NCBI GenBank assembly: GCA_963663165.1
Contig: OY760175.1
Span: forward strand, 1,408,001-1,472,000
Direction: 5' to 3'
Source of the DNA: an uncultured Desulfospira sp.
GTDB taxonomy: Bacteria; Desulfobacterota; Desulfobacteria; Desulfobacterales; Desulfobacteraceae
DNA: 64,000 bases
The position numbers and the translations under genes are program-made. The notes below the pieces were generated by a model. The model had not been told where the DNA came from, did no database searches, and saw nothing but the letters and a program-made list of their open reading frames with translations. Below, one piece after another: positions 49,575-59,799 of the stretch. Each line of letters starts with the position of its first letter. The first letter of the stretch is position 1.

Positions 49575-51932
49575 TTAATTTAACATTTTTCTGGCTTTTT
49601 CTGCATCTCTGAAGTCCGGGTCCAGGTCCAGGGCCTTTTTAAAAAACTGTCTGGCCTTTTCAAACTCCTGGTTCCGGTACAGGGTCATGCCGTAATGGTA
49701 ACAGGTAAGGGGGTTCTCAGGATTAAGCTTAAGGCTTTCCTGGAGTTCCGACCTGGCGTTAAGGTAATTTCCTTTCTGATAATACAGCCATCCCATGGTA
49801 TCCAGCACATTGGGATCTTTGGGTTTTTGCTGCCGGGCGATTTTTGCAAGGTCAAAGGCCTCGTCAACGGATTTTTCATCTTCTGATAAAATATAGGCCA
49901 GGTTGTTGGCGGCATCCGGATGTTTTGGGCTCAGGTTGAGAACCTTCCGGTAATACATAACTGCCATGGCATAATTTTCCAGCCGGTCATACAGAACCGC
50001 CATGGCCATAAGAGCCGGCAGGTAAGAAGGTTGGCTTTCTTCAACCACCTGATACTCTGCCAGGGCTTTATGAAACCGCCCTTTTTGCTTGTAATATGCG
50101 GCAATGTGCATTCGGGGACTGATAAACTCAGGCATTTTCTCTACTGCCCGGTTAAAATGTTCCAGCGCAGTGGAATGCTCCCCGGACTTTAGATATATCT
50201 CCCCTTTCAGATTCTCATAAAATGGGGTCGAATCCCTTTCTAACGCCTCTGGTCCGGCTGACATGTAGCCATTTACCAGGTCAATGGCTTCTTTAAACTT
50301 TTTTTCAGCCATGAGGATCTCGGTCATCATCTGGACCAATCCTGTTTGATCCGGCTGAAGCTTATGGGCCGTCTTGATGCATTCCAGGGCCTGGTCGGGC
50401 CTGCCCATGGACCGGTACAGCATCCCTAAACGGATATGGGCCGGGATGTATTCCGGCCTTTCTTTAAGGATTGTCTTTAAAATCTTTTCCGCCTCCTTTA
50501 CATCCCCCTCTAACAGGCTTATCCCGGACAGTAAGGTCATCACACGGATGCCCGGCTGTGAAATTTTAAACACCTCTTCAAGCTGTTCTTTGGCTTTGAC
50601 CAGATTCTTTTCAAGAATATAAATTTCAGCCAGATCAAGCCTGGCATCCACCAGCCCGGGGTCCACAGCAATCGCGGCCAGAAGATTTCCCTTGATCTGG
50701 TCTCTTTCAAATTCTTCAGGATTGTTCAGCATGCCGGCAGCTGCCCTGAAAATCTTTTGTTCCGGACGGTCTGTGGCCCCACGTTGTTCAATGCAAAGGG
50801 CCCGGTAGTAATAAGCCTTGGCATGGATCCGGTTAATGGCCAGGACTTGATCAAACTTGTCCAAAGCTTTTTTAAAGTCTTGTTTCAACATTAGAATCCG
50901 GCCCTGCTGGAAAAGGGCATCAATATAATTTTCATCAATGCTCAATGCCTTGTTAACGGCCTCTTCTGCCTCAGGTATCATATTAAAATGAGTGTAAACC
51001 TGGGCTAGCGCTGAATAAAGCAGCGGGCTTCGTTTTTGCTTGGCCAAAGCATTTTTTACCATTAAAACCGCCTTATCCAAATCTTTCTGCCGGGTATAGA
51101 ACTGGGCCAGGTTGAGCAGGGGCTCAATTCTGTCCGGTCCTTCCATCATGGCGTTCTGATAGCTTTCCTCTGCCAGATCAAATTTGCCCCGGTTCTCGTA
51201 AAACTTGGCCAGATCGGTATATTTTAACAGTTTGTTGCCCCCGGCCTCCAGGGTCCCTTTTAACAGACTTTCAACTTTATCCCACTCACGATCATAAGCA
51301 TATATCCGGGCAAGCCCCATATAGGCATCCCTGGCGGATGGATCAGCTGAAAGTGCCGCCAAATAGGCATTGGCCGCCTTATCAACCGCTCCGGTTTTAA
51401 TATAAAGTTGGGCCAGTGAGGTATAGGTCCGGGTATTTTTGGAATCAATGGATGCGGCTTTGTTTAACGTCTCAATGGCCGCCCCAAGGTCTCTTTCTTT
51501 AACCATGATCCCGGCAAGGATATGGTGGGCGGCAACAGACAATGGGGCTATGTCCAAGACTTTTGAAACATACTCCCGGGCCTCAAGAAGCTGTCCGGTC
51601 TGCATATAGATCTGGGCCAGCCGCAAATGGGGCATGATATTCTGGGGATTTGCCTTGGCCGCCAGGTTGTAATACCGGGTGGCCTTGTTGACTTGGCGGG
51701 TAAGCACATAGGCTTCGGCCAGTTCAAACAGGGCCACATCATTGTTGGGGTCCAGCTGCACCGCATTCCGAAACTCCACGACCGCCATTTCCGGTTTGTT
51801 CTGGGCCATATAATCCCTGGCCTTTTTAATATGGCCTTGGGCCTCTTTTTTATCGGAATTTGAACATCCTGCCATGCAAAGGCAGCATATAAGAATGGCA
51901 CTGATCAGATGTTTTGCACAAAGCTTCTTCAT
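49575..51932 (-). CDS. TPR-repeat lipoprotein (PrsT-like)
   Basis: Lipobox-like MAGC; many TPR repeats; NNLAY..DTMGW motif. Confidence 0.88.
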   Translation of the reverse strand: MKKLCAKHLISAILICCLCMAGCSNSDKKEAQGHIKKARDYMAQNKPEMAVVEFRNAVQLDPNNDVALFELAEAYVLTRQVNKATRYYNLAAKANPQNIMPHLRLAQIYMQTGQLLEAREYVSKVLDIAPLSVAAHHILAGIMVKERDLGAAIETLNKAASIDSKNTRTYTSLAQLYIKTGAVDKAANAYLAALSADPSARDAYMGLARIYAYDREWDKVESLLKGTLEAGGNKLLKYTDLAKFYENRGKFDLAEESYQNAMMEGPDRIEPLLNLAQFYTRQKDLDKAVLMVKNALAKQKRSPLLYSALAQVYTHFNMIPEAEEAVNKALSIDENYIDALFQQGRILMLKQDFKKALDKFDQVLAINRIHAKAYYYRALCIEQRGATDRPEQKIFRAAAGMLNNPEEFERDQIKGNLLAAIAVDPGLVDARLDLAEIYILEKNLVKAKEQLEEVFKISQPGIRVMTLLSGISLLEGDVKEAEKILKTILKERPEYIPAHIRLGMLYRSMGRPDQALECIKTAHKLQPDQTGLVQMMTEILMAEKKFKEAIDLVNGYMSAGPEALERDSTPFYENLKGEIYLKSGEHSTALEHFNRAVEKMPEFISPRMHIAAYYKQKGRFHKALAEYQVVEESQPSYLPALMAMAVLYDRLENYAMAVMYYRKVLNLSPKHPDAANNLAYILSEDEKSVDEAFDLAKIARQQKPKDPNVLDTMGWLYYQKGNYLNARSELQESLKLNPENPLTCYHYGMTLYRNQEFEKARQFFKKALDLDPDFRDAEKARKMLN

Positions 51933-51949
51933 TGGCAGTATCCTTTATT

Positions 51950-52214
51950 ATAAGGGGACTTGGGATATGGGACTTGGGACTTGGGACTTGGGACTTGGGG
52001 TTTTATATTGTCTGTGTTCCTTAAAAACTTAATATTTTAAACCGCATATAAGGGGACTTGGGATATGGGACTTGGGACTTGGGGTTTTATATTGTCTGTG
52101 TTCTTTAAAAATTTTATATCTGATAAGACCGCTTTAAAATCTAAAATCTGAGACTAATTCACGGATGGCATCCCCAAGTCCCACATCCCAAGTCCCAAAT
52201 CCCATAACCCATAT
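51950..52214. repeat. Duplicated ~100-bp unit containing GGGACTT heptamer arrays, plus a complementary arm
   Basis: TAAGGGGACTTGGGATAT(GGGACTT)n GGGGTTTTATATTGTCTGTGTT twice (n=4 and n=2); CCCAAGT arm at 52169-52214. Confidence 0.85.
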
Positions 52215-52239
52215 CGGATTAATAAACAAAAATCAAGAA

Positions 52240-52268
52240 TTGACAAGAGGGGACCGGGGTTTTATTGT
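52240..52268 (+). promoter_or_regulatory. Sigma70-type promoter of pepN (probably leaderless)
   Basis: TTGACA-17 bp-TATTGT, 7 nt before ATG 52276. Confidence 0.6.
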
Positions 52269-52275
52269 TTTCCTC

Positions 52276-54888
52276 ATGAATGAGCCTGAGACCATATACC
52301 TGAAAAATTATACCGCGCCGGATTTTTTTGTTGATACTGTAGACCTGAAGTTTGAACTTGACCGGACCCGCACCCGGGTGACGGCAAGTCTCAAAATCCG
52401 GAAAAACTTAACCACCGCCGATGAAACCACGCCCCTTGTGCTGGACAAGGCCGATTTTAAAATCGAATCCGTTGTGGCCGGCGGCATGATCCTCATGCCC
52501 CATGAATATGAGGTCACCAAAGAGACTTTTAGACTTGCCAAAACGCCGGACTGCTTTGATTTAGAGATCGTATCCATCCTTAATCCCGCGGCCAACACCA
52601 GCCTGGAAGGGCTTTACTGTTCCGGTGAGTTTATCTGCACCCAGTGCGAAGCCCAGGGGTTCCGGAAAATCACCCCTTTTCCGGACAGGCCCGATGTGAT
52701 GGCGGTTTACTCCACCACCATTATTGCGGATAAGGACCTTTACCCGGTTTTGCTGTCCAATGGAAACCGGGTGGATTCAGGGGACCTTGAAAATAATCGC
52801 CATTATGTCCGATGGGAGGATCCTTTCAAAAAGCCGTGTTATCTGTTTGCCCTGGTGGCAGGGGACTTAGGCTGCTTAAGCGACACCTTTACCACCCGGT
52901 CCGGCCGGACGGTGGATTTAAAAATTTATTCGGAAAAAGAGAATATTGACCGGTGTTGCCATGCCATGACCAGCCTGAAACAGTCCATGGCATGGGATGA
53001 AGACCGGTTCGGCCTTGAGTACGACCTTGACCTGTACCAGATTGTGGCCATCAATGATTTTAATGCCGGGGCCATGGAAAACAAGGGGCTGAATGTGTTT
53101 AACGCCAAGTATGTCCTGGCAAGCCCTGAAACCGCCACAGATGATGATTACATGAACATCCAGGGGGTGATCGGCCACGAGTATTTCCATAACTGGACCG
53201 GAAACCGCGTGACCTTGAAAAACTGGTTCCAGCTCAGCCTGAAAGAGGGGTTGACCGTGTTCCGGGACCAGGAGTTTTCATCCGATCTCAATGCCCGGTC
53301 GGTGAAGCGCATCTCAAGTGTTAATGCCTTAAGATCCCTTCAGTTCCCGGAGGATGCCGGCCCCATGACCCACCCGGTAAGGCCCGAGTCCTATATCAAG
53401 ATGGACAACTTTTACACCATGACCGTGTATGAAAAAGGGGCTGAGCTGATCCGGATGATTCATACCCTTCTGGGGGAAGAAAACTTCCAGAACGCCATGG
53501 CCCTTTATGTTGAACGCTTTGACGGCATGGCCGTTACCATAGAAGATTTTTTAACGGCCATGGCCGATGCCTCGGGCAAGGATCTGTCCCAGTTCAAGCT
53601 GTGGTATTCCCAGTCCGGAACGCCCCGGGTGACCCTGAAACGCGCTTACGATGAAGGGGCTGATGAACTTACCCTTGAATTTGAGCAGCAGACCCCGCCG
53701 GACCGGAACCAGGAAATCAAGCAGCCCCTGCATATCCCGGTCAAATTTGCCCTTTTTGACCACCGGGGAAAGGACATTACCCCGGAAGGCCAGTCCCTGC
53801 TGGAGCTCACATCACCGCAGCAGGTCTTCAAATTCAAAAGAACCGGACCTGGCGCAGTCCCTTCGGTGTTCCGGGAATTTTCCGCGCCTATTTATCTTGA
53901 AACCGACCTGTCCCAGGAAGACCTCTCCTTTCTCATGTCAAAGGACAGCGATGAATTCAACCGGTGGGACGCAGCCCAGACCCTGTTTCTAAGGCAGATT
54001 AAAACCCTTGTTCGATCCATTCAGAACCAGGAACCCCTCACGGTTTCCAAAGATCTGATCAAGGCCTTTGAGGCATCATTGACAGACACCAAAGCAGACC
54101 GGGCCTTTCTGGCCAAAGCCCTTGCCCTGCCCTCGGAAGTTCAGATCAAGGACCACTATGAGTGCATTGATGTGTGCGCCATCCACCAGGCCAGACACTT
54201 TCTAAAACAAACCCTGGCCCAAAGCCTTAAAGACCAGTTCATGCAGGTGATTCAGACATGCTCTTCAGCGGACCCGGCATCCCTTGCCCACAGTGCCATG
54301 GCCGACAGGAGCCTTAACAACCTGGCCCTGTCCTATTTGGGATCATTGGGGGACTCGGAAAGCAGCGGCCTGGTTCTTGAGCGGTTTGAAACGGCCCGCA
54401 ACATGACCGATGAATATGCCGCGTTCAGGATATTGAGCCATATTTCCCCGGCTCTGCGGCAAAAAGCAGCGGACGGATTTTACGCCAAATGGGGCCACGA
54501 CACACTGGTTCTGGATAAATGGTTTGCGGTTCAGGCAGGCTCCACCCTTGACGATACTTTAGACCTGGTAACCGCCCTTGCCGGCCATGGGGGTTTTTCC
54601 ATGGCCAATCCCAATAAGGTGCGGTCCCTGCTCTTTGTGCTTGCCATGCAAAATCCGGTTGGGTTTCACCGGCCCGACGGGAAAGGGTATGAATATATAG
54701 CCGACCGGATTATAGAGCTGAACGGTATCAACCCCCAGATCGCGGCCAGGCTGTCCGCATGCTTTAATCTCTGGAAACGGTATGATGATAAGTTAAAGCC
54801 CATGATGAAGGCACAGCTTGAACGGATTCTGGCCGTCAAAGATCTTTCCGGGAATGTTTATGAGATTGTGTCCAGCGCGTTGAGCTGA
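52276..54888 (+). CDS. pepN: Aminopeptidase N
   Basis: GAMENKG, HEYFH..LKEG and NFYTMTVYEKG; likely start MNEPETIYL. Confidence 0.96.
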   Translation: MNEPETIYLKNYTAPDFFVDTVDLKFELDRTRTRVTASLKIRKNLTTADETTPLVLDKADFKIESVVAGGMILMPHEYEVTKETFRLAKTPDCFDLEIVSILNPAANTSLEGLYCSGEFICTQCEAQGFRKITPFPDRPDVMAVYSTTIIADKDLYPVLLSNGNRVDSGDLENNRHYVRWEDPFKKPCYLFALVAGDLGCLSDTFTTRSGRTVDLKIYSEKENIDRCCHAMTSLKQSMAWDEDRFGLEYDLDLYQIVAINDFNAGAMENKGLNVFNAKYVLASPETATDDDYMNIQGVIGHEYFHNWTGNRVTLKNWFQLSLKEGLTVFRDQEFSSDLNARSVKRISSVNALRSLQFPEDAGPMTHPVRPESYIKMDNFYTMTVYEKGAELIRMIHTLLGEENFQNAMALYVERFDGMAVTIEDFLTAMADASGKDLSQFKLWYSQSGTPRVTLKRAYDEGADELTLEFEQQTPPDRNQEIKQPLHIPVKFALFDHRGKDITPEGQSLLELTSPQQVFKFKRTGPGAVPSVFREFSAPIYLETDLSQEDLSFLMSKDSDEFNRWDAAQTLFLRQIKTLVRSIQNQEPLTVSKDLIKAFEASLTDTKADRAFLAKALALPSEVQIKDHYECIDVCAIHQARHFLKQTLAQSLKDQFMQVIQTCSSADPASLAHSAMADRSLNNLALSYLGSLGDSESSGLVLERFETARNMTDEYAAFRILSHISPALRQKAADGFYAKWGHDTLVLDKWFAVQAGSTLDDTLDLVTALAGHGGFSMANPNKVRSLLFVLAMQNPVGFHRPDGKGYEYIADRIIELNGINPQIAARLSACFNLWKRYDDKLKPMMKAQLERILAVKDLSGNVYEIVSSALS

Positions 54889-54917
54889 AGCCAACGGCTG
54901 AAAGCCGTTTGTATATT

Positions 54918-54996
54918 CTCACACAAAGGCACTAAGGCACAAAGAAAGAAACTTCCCAAGGGAATACAGCTTCGTGTCTTTGTGCCTTTGTGTGAG
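54918..54996. repeat. 8-nt-period inverted repeat between convergent genes
   Basis: CTCACACAAAGGCACTAAGGCACAAAG / CTTCGTGTCTTTGTGCCTTTGTGTGAG (24/27). Confidence 0.8.
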
Positions 54997-55081
54997 TTTT
55001 TTAAAAGAAGCCGGCAAAGCGGAAGATTGCGAAAATCAAAAATTGGGGGAACTGGTTTAGAAATCAGGCCATAAACAAAAC

Positions 55082-55113
55082 AAAGGCGCGGAACCCATTT
55101 TATCCGCGCCTTT
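55082..55113 (-). terminator. Intrinsic terminator of the cold-shock gene
   Basis: AAAGGCGCGGA...TCCGCGCCTTT hairpin. Confidence 0.7.
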
Positions 55114-55136
55114 ATTCTTTGATGCGTTACAAGAAA

Positions 55137-55337
55137 TTACTCAACGGTGACGTTGACGGCAGCCGGCCCTTTCTGTCCGTCTTCTACTTCAAAGGTCACC
55201 TTGTCTCCTTCATTCAGAGACCTGAAACCGGTTGAGTTTATGCCGGAATGATGGACAAATACGTCCGGTCCGTTTTCCTGCTCGATAAACCCATACCCTT
55301 TTGCATCGTTAAACCATTTTACAATCCCATTTGCCAT
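55137..55337 (-). CDS. cspA: Cold-shock protein
   Basis: [32 protein letters not shown]. Confidence 0.93.
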   Translation of the reverse strand: MANGIVKWFNDAKGYGFIEQENGPDVFVHHSGINSTGFRSLNEGDKVTFEVEDGQKGPAAVNVTVE

Positions 55338-55675
55338 TGCGACTCTCTCCTTAAAAAAAATGAATAAATACAGTTTCAACCCTCAGGTCCTGCCACTAAA
55401 CAAATGGGTCTTGCCTGTAGAACGAAACTTGCGAAGCCCTCCGTTTTCGCTTCGGATGTATAATATTAAAGTTATATTAAAAATCAAGGATTATTTTAAA
55501 AAATTTTATTTTTCCTGATCACGGGCGTTATCACGCGCTGTTCCTTTATCCACAGGCGTCCTGTGGACATCCCCCGGCCAATTTTATAAAAAGCTGAGGG
55601 ACTCATGAAGAAACAAGCCTCAAAAAATAAAAAAATATTCATATTTTCAAAAGCTTAAAAAATATGGTCAAGTCA

Positions 55676-56692
55676 TCAGGGCTGGTGATAAAGATGGCAT
55701 GCCGTGCCATGATCCCCTTTAATCCAGGTCATTTCCGGTATTTTTTCCCGGCAGATGTCCATGGCCCGGGGACACCGTGTCACAAACCGGCAACCTGAGG
55801 GAAGCGCCAAAAGGGAGGGGACCGATCCCTCAATTGTGGGCAACATAGTTTTCGCTTTTTTCGCAAGGCTGGGGATGGAATCCAACAGTCCCCGGGTATA
55901 CGGGTGAAGGGGATTTTTAAACAGGGTTTTCACATCGGCGATTTCTGCTATCCGCCCGGCGTACATGATCACCACCCGGTCACAGTTTTCAGCGATTACT
56001 CCCAAATCGTGGGTAATCAAAAGAACGGACATGGCCAGGTCTTTCTGAAACTGCCTGATCAGATCCAGAATCTGGGCCTGTACCGTCACATCCAGGGCCG
56101 TGGTCGGTTCATCGGCAATCAGGATATCCGGTTTACAGGCCAGGGCCATGGCGATCATTACCCGCTGCCGCATGCCGCCGGACAGCTGGTGGGGATATTT
56201 GTCCATGATCTTGTCAGGGTCGGCAATCCCAACCTTTTCGAGCATGTCCTGCGCGGATGATCTCATCCGTTCCATGCCCATTTCCGGGAAATGAAGGCGA
56301 TAAACTTCAACCAGCTGCCGGCCCACTGACTGGACCGGATTCAGGGCGGTCATGGGTTCCTGAAAAATCATGGAGATCTTTTTTCCCCGGATGCGATGCA
56401 TCTTTTCCACGGGAAGGGACAGCAGATCCCGGGACTTGAACAGGATACGGCCGCCACATATTTTCGACACAGGCTTTGGCAAAAGGCGCATGATGCCCAG
56501 AGCCGTGACGCTTTTACCGCACCCCGACTCCCCGGCAAGGCCTAAAACAGACCCCGCCTCAAGGTCAAATCCCACCTTGTCCACGGCCCTGATCCGGCCC
56601 TGTTCGGTTTCGAATTCCACGGCCAGGTCTTGGATTTGAAGAAGGGGCGGCCGGAGACCGGAGACCGGAAGGCGGCGATTGTCAATTTCCAT
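55676..56692 (-). CDS. Oligopeptide/dipeptide ABC transporter ATP-binding protein
   Basis: [24 protein letters not shown] and HPYTRGL motifs; C-terminal Cys cluster. Confidence 0.93.
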   Translation of the reverse strand: MEIDNRRLPVSGLRPPLLQIQDLAVEFETEQGRIRAVDKVGFDLEAGSVLGLAGESGCGKSVTALGIMRLLPKPVSKICGGRILFKSRDLLSLPVEKMHRIRGKKISMIFQEPMTALNPVQSVGRQLVEVYRLHFPEMGMERMRSSAQDMLEKVGIADPDKIMDKYPHQLSGGMRQRVMIAMALACKPDILIADEPTTALDVTVQAQILDLIRQFQKDLAMSVLLITHDLGVIAENCDRVVIMYAGRIAEIADVKTLFKNPLHPYTRGLLDSIPSLAKKAKTMLPTIEGSVPSLLALPSGCRFVTRCPRAMDICREKIPEMTWIKGDHGTACHLYHQP

Positions 56693-56860
56693 TGCATTTA
56701 GTCCTAAAATTCATACTCACGCTCCTTTTATGGCCGGCAAATTCATAGCTGACAGTCCCATCCCCTTCTTTCCATACTTCAAATTTTCCAAACCAGCCCT
56801 TCATCTACTGTCTTCCGTCTTTGTTTCTGGCGGTCTCCGGTTCCCGGTTTCCGGTCTCCC
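56648..56860. repeat. Second-family inverted heptamer arms (CCGGAGA type)
   Basis: CCGGAGACCGGAGACCGGAAG (~56651-56671) vs GGTCTCCGGTTCCCGGTTTCCGGTCTCC (~56832-56859). Confidence 0.65.
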
Positions 56861-58724
56861 CTACCCTATATTGCGTATCCATTATGGTGACCGGTGCGGC
56901 CGCCCGGCCCTGCTTCAAATCTTTCATGGTCTGGAGCCGTTCTTGATCATCAATCCAGAACAGTCCGCCTGTGGCCGAAGAAAAAGGATCAAACAGACTG
57001 TCCGACATCCGGGTCCCGTGAAATTTCGGCAGTTTCATCCATCGCCAGTAGGCAGCCCTGACATAAGGGACCATATAGGTCGGCACATAGGCACAGATCT
57101 CATGGATTTTGTTCTGGATCTTCTTTGACAGAATGATCCGCTCTTGAGTATCCAGACTTGCCCGGTACTGGTCAATCATTTTGTCCAGGTCCGGGTCATC
57201 GGTATTGGTGATGTTGTTGGTCTGGGCTTTATGGGCATTGTCCGAATGCCACCCCTGCCAGTAGGAAGGCCTTAAGTTGGTGGTCCAGCCCATCCAGGCC
57301 ACGTCATGTTTTTTTTCAAGAAATTTTTTAAACATGGCCGATGGGTCCAGTTTTTCCAGTTCCAGTTCAATCCCGGCTTTAAGGGCCTCTTCTTTTAATA
57401 CGGCCAGTCTTGGCATGTGGTCCTCATGCCCGTAAGTAACCTTTACCGAATACCGGCTGCCCCCTTTTTTCCAGATACCGTCCCCTCCTCTGGCCCAGCC
57501 CGCAGATGTCATCAGTTCTTTAACCCGGTCGATATCATAGAGCCGGGGCGTGATCGTATAATCGGTATAATCGCCATACCCGTAAAACGGCTGGGCCAGC
57601 CGGAAATAGTCCCCCCTGAGGACCTGGGACAGCACCTTGTCCACGTTCATGGCATGGGCAAAGGCCTCTCGCAGCCGGACATCCTTAAAAATGTCCTTAT
57701 CCTGGTTGAGCCACATGCCGTAGCTGGGCCGCTCGCGGTCGTTAAAAAACCAGATCCGGTGGACAAACCCGTCCTGAAACACCCGGGTTTTTGACTTGTC
57801 ATGCCAGTATTTGGGCTGAACAAGCCCAAACGTATCCAGGCGCCCTTTTTTAAAATATTCCCATTGCAGGTTCATATCCCGGATCACTGTAAACTGAACC
57901 GTATCCACGTTAAACCGGTTCTTAAAATACCGCCGGTCAGCCGCCCACCAGTTTTCCTTTCTTTTGAACCGGACAAACCGGCCTTTTTTATAGTCTGAAA
58001 TCTGGTAAGCCCCTGTGTTGGGGACCACGGCCCAGTTGGTGTCCTGGACAAACCGCTCATTCAACGGATGAAAAAAATGTTCCGGAACCGGGCTGATGCC
58101 AAGGGTTAAGTAAAGGTCCGGCACGGCCTTGGTGCTTTTAACGCCGATGGTATAATCGTCAAACACCATGACCTTTTCAATTTCTTTTGAATAATAATCG
58201 TTGTACCAGGGCGCCACAATATGCTTGGAGCGCATAAAGGTTAAGGTGTAAACATAATCCCATGCCGTGACCGGCTCTCCGTCAGACCACCGGGCCTGCC
58301 GGTCCAGCTTGAAATACATGGTTTTTTTATCTCCCCCAAAGGCCCAGTGGGTGGCCAGCTCCGGGATGATGTTCATGGTGTTGGGATGGATATTGATCAA
58401 CGACAGCTGGTTATCCAGAATGGCCGACCGGAACCCCCCGTTGGAATCCGGCCCCACGGTCCTGAAGGTCATGGGAAAACTGAGCAGCCCCGATCTTAAG
58501 GTTCCCCCTTTTTGGGCGTCAGGACTTGCAAACACCGGGTCTTCATCATTGGTCAGCCAGGTGATCTGTTCGGGCAAAGGCTCATAATCCCTTTTTAAAG
58601 GTTGCGCTTCTTTTTTTTCTATACCCTTTTGTCCGGAATCTGAATGGTCATCGGACGGCCCGCACCCGGTAAAGCAGGTTAAAAAAACAATCAGAAAAAA
58701 CAGCCATGATTTTGCAGGGGTCAT
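56805..58724 (-). CDS. ABC transporter peptide-binding lipoprotein (family 5, YejA-like)
   Basis: Lipobox FTGC; AQKGGTL, PELATHW and ARWSDGEPVTA motifs. Confidence 0.9.
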   Translation of the reverse strand: MTPAKSWLFFLIVFLTCFTGCGPSDDHSDSGQKGIEKKEAQPLKRDYEPLPEQITWLTNDEDPVFASPDAQKGGTLRSGLLSFPMTFRTVGPDSNGGFRSAILDNQLSLINIHPNTMNIIPELATHWAFGGDKKTMYFKLDRQARWSDGEPVTAWDYVYTLTFMRSKHIVAPWYNDYYSKEIEKVMVFDDYTIGVKSTKAVPDLYLTLGISPVPEHFFHPLNERFVQDTNWAVVPNTGAYQISDYKKGRFVRFKRKENWWAADRRYFKNRFNVDTVQFTVIRDMNLQWEYFKKGRLDTFGLVQPKYWHDKSKTRVFQDGFVHRIWFFNDRERPSYGMWLNQDKDIFKDVRLREAFAHAMNVDKVLSQVLRGDYFRLAQPFYGYGDYTDYTITPRLYDIDRVKELMTSAGWARGGDGIWKKGGSRYSVKVTYGHEDHMPRLAVLKEEALKAGIELELEKLDPSAMFKKFLEKKHDVAWMGWTTNLRPSYWQGWHSDNAHKAQTNNITNTDDPDLDKMIDQYRASLDTQERIILSKKIQNKIHEICAYVPTYMVPYVRAAYWRWMKLPKFHGTRMSDSLFDPFSSATGGLFWIDDQERLQTMKDLKQGRAAAPVTIMDTQYRVGETGNREPETARNKDGRQ

Positions 58725-58840
58725 TTATTTTTCCAAAAATATGTTCCTTTTTAAAGGATCATCCATACCAGATACCGGCCTTGAAATCCAATACTTGTTT
58801 CTTTCTTGACCGTTATGATCCGATATAATACAACATGAAA

Positions 58841-58982
58841 GCAATTAGCAGTTAGCCGTTAGCTATTAGCTGTCAGCGGTGGGCGGTCAAAACAGATATG
58901 GGGACTTGGGATATGAAACTTGGGATATGGGTTAAAGAACTGAAAGCCTGCCCCAAATCCCACGTCCCATGTCCCAAGTCCC
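58841..58982. repeat. Heptamer arrays upstream of motA
   Basis: AGCNRTT-type units (~58841-58877), then inverted GGGACTT/GTCCCA arms (58896-58931, 58949-58982). Confidence 0.75.
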
Positions 58983-58992
58983 TTTTAAAACT

Positions 58993-59787
58993 ATGGACAT
59001 AGCATCTTTTATCGGCATCATTTCTGGTATTTCCTTAATTGTTTCGGCCATATTTCTGGGCGGCGACATTCATAATTTTATCAATATCCAGGGCATAATG
59101 ATTGTTTTCGGCGGCACCATAGCCACCACCTTGATCACCTTTCAGTTCCATGATGTGGCCGCGGCATTTAAAGCCGCCTACTTTGTATTTTCCAAAGATA
59201 AAGAAGACCCCAATGACGCAGTGGCCACCATGATCCGGTTAAGCCATATCAGTCGGCGCCAGGGGCTGCTCCAGCTGTCCCGGGTTGAAACCAACTCCCA
59301 GTTTCTGAAAAAAGCCTGCGGCCTGATGGCGGACGGATCATCTGAGGAGATTATCCGGACTGCCCTGACCACGGAGATGAAATCCCTTCAGATGCGCCAC
59401 TTCATTGTCCAGGACGTGTTCCGGAAGATGGGCATGTATGCCCCGGCATTCGGCATGTTAGGGACCTTGATCGGCCTGGTCCAGATGTTAAGCAAGCTCC
59501 AGGACCCCAGCACCATTGGCCCGTCTTTATCCGTTGCCCTGCTCACCACATTTTACGGTTCTTTGATTTCCACTGTTTTTTTTCTGCCCATTGCCGGCAA
59601 GCTCCGGTCCCGGACCGTGGTTGAACTGATTACCCTTGAAATCATCCTGGAAGGGGCCGCATCCATTACCAACAACAACAATCCCATTGTTATTTATGAA
59701 AAACTGTCCAGTTTTATTTCTTCGAGACTGCGCAAATCTTTTAACGAAATTAATATAGTGCCTGGGAAAAGAAATCATAGAGCTTGA
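58993..59787 (+). CDS. motA: Flagellar stator MotA/PomA
   Basis: IVFGGT, APAFGMLGTLIGLV and ALLTTFYG motifs. Confidence 0.9.
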   Translation: MDIASFIGIISGISLIVSAIFLGGDIHNFINIQGIMIVFGGTIATTLITFQFHDVAAAFKAAYFVFSKDKEDPNDAVATMIRLSHISRRQGLLQLSRVETNSQFLKKACGLMADGSSEEIIRTALTTEMKSLQMRHFIVQDVFRKMGMYAPAFGMLGTLIGLVQMLSKLQDPSTIGPSLSVALLTTFYGSLISTVFFLPIAGKLRSRTVVELITLEIILEGAASITNNNNPIVIYEKLSSFISSRLRKSFNEINIVPGKRNHRA

Positions 59788-59799
59788 GCTTTTTTTAAG

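Noticed and set aside
51950..52120. CRISPR array
   Set aside because: Only heptamer tandem repeats and one duplication; no repeat-spacer structure or cas genes anywhere in the window
55546..55554. DnaA box TTATCCACA upstream of the cold-shock gene
   Set aside because: Single perfect 9-mer, expected by chance at this window size; no box cluster or origin context
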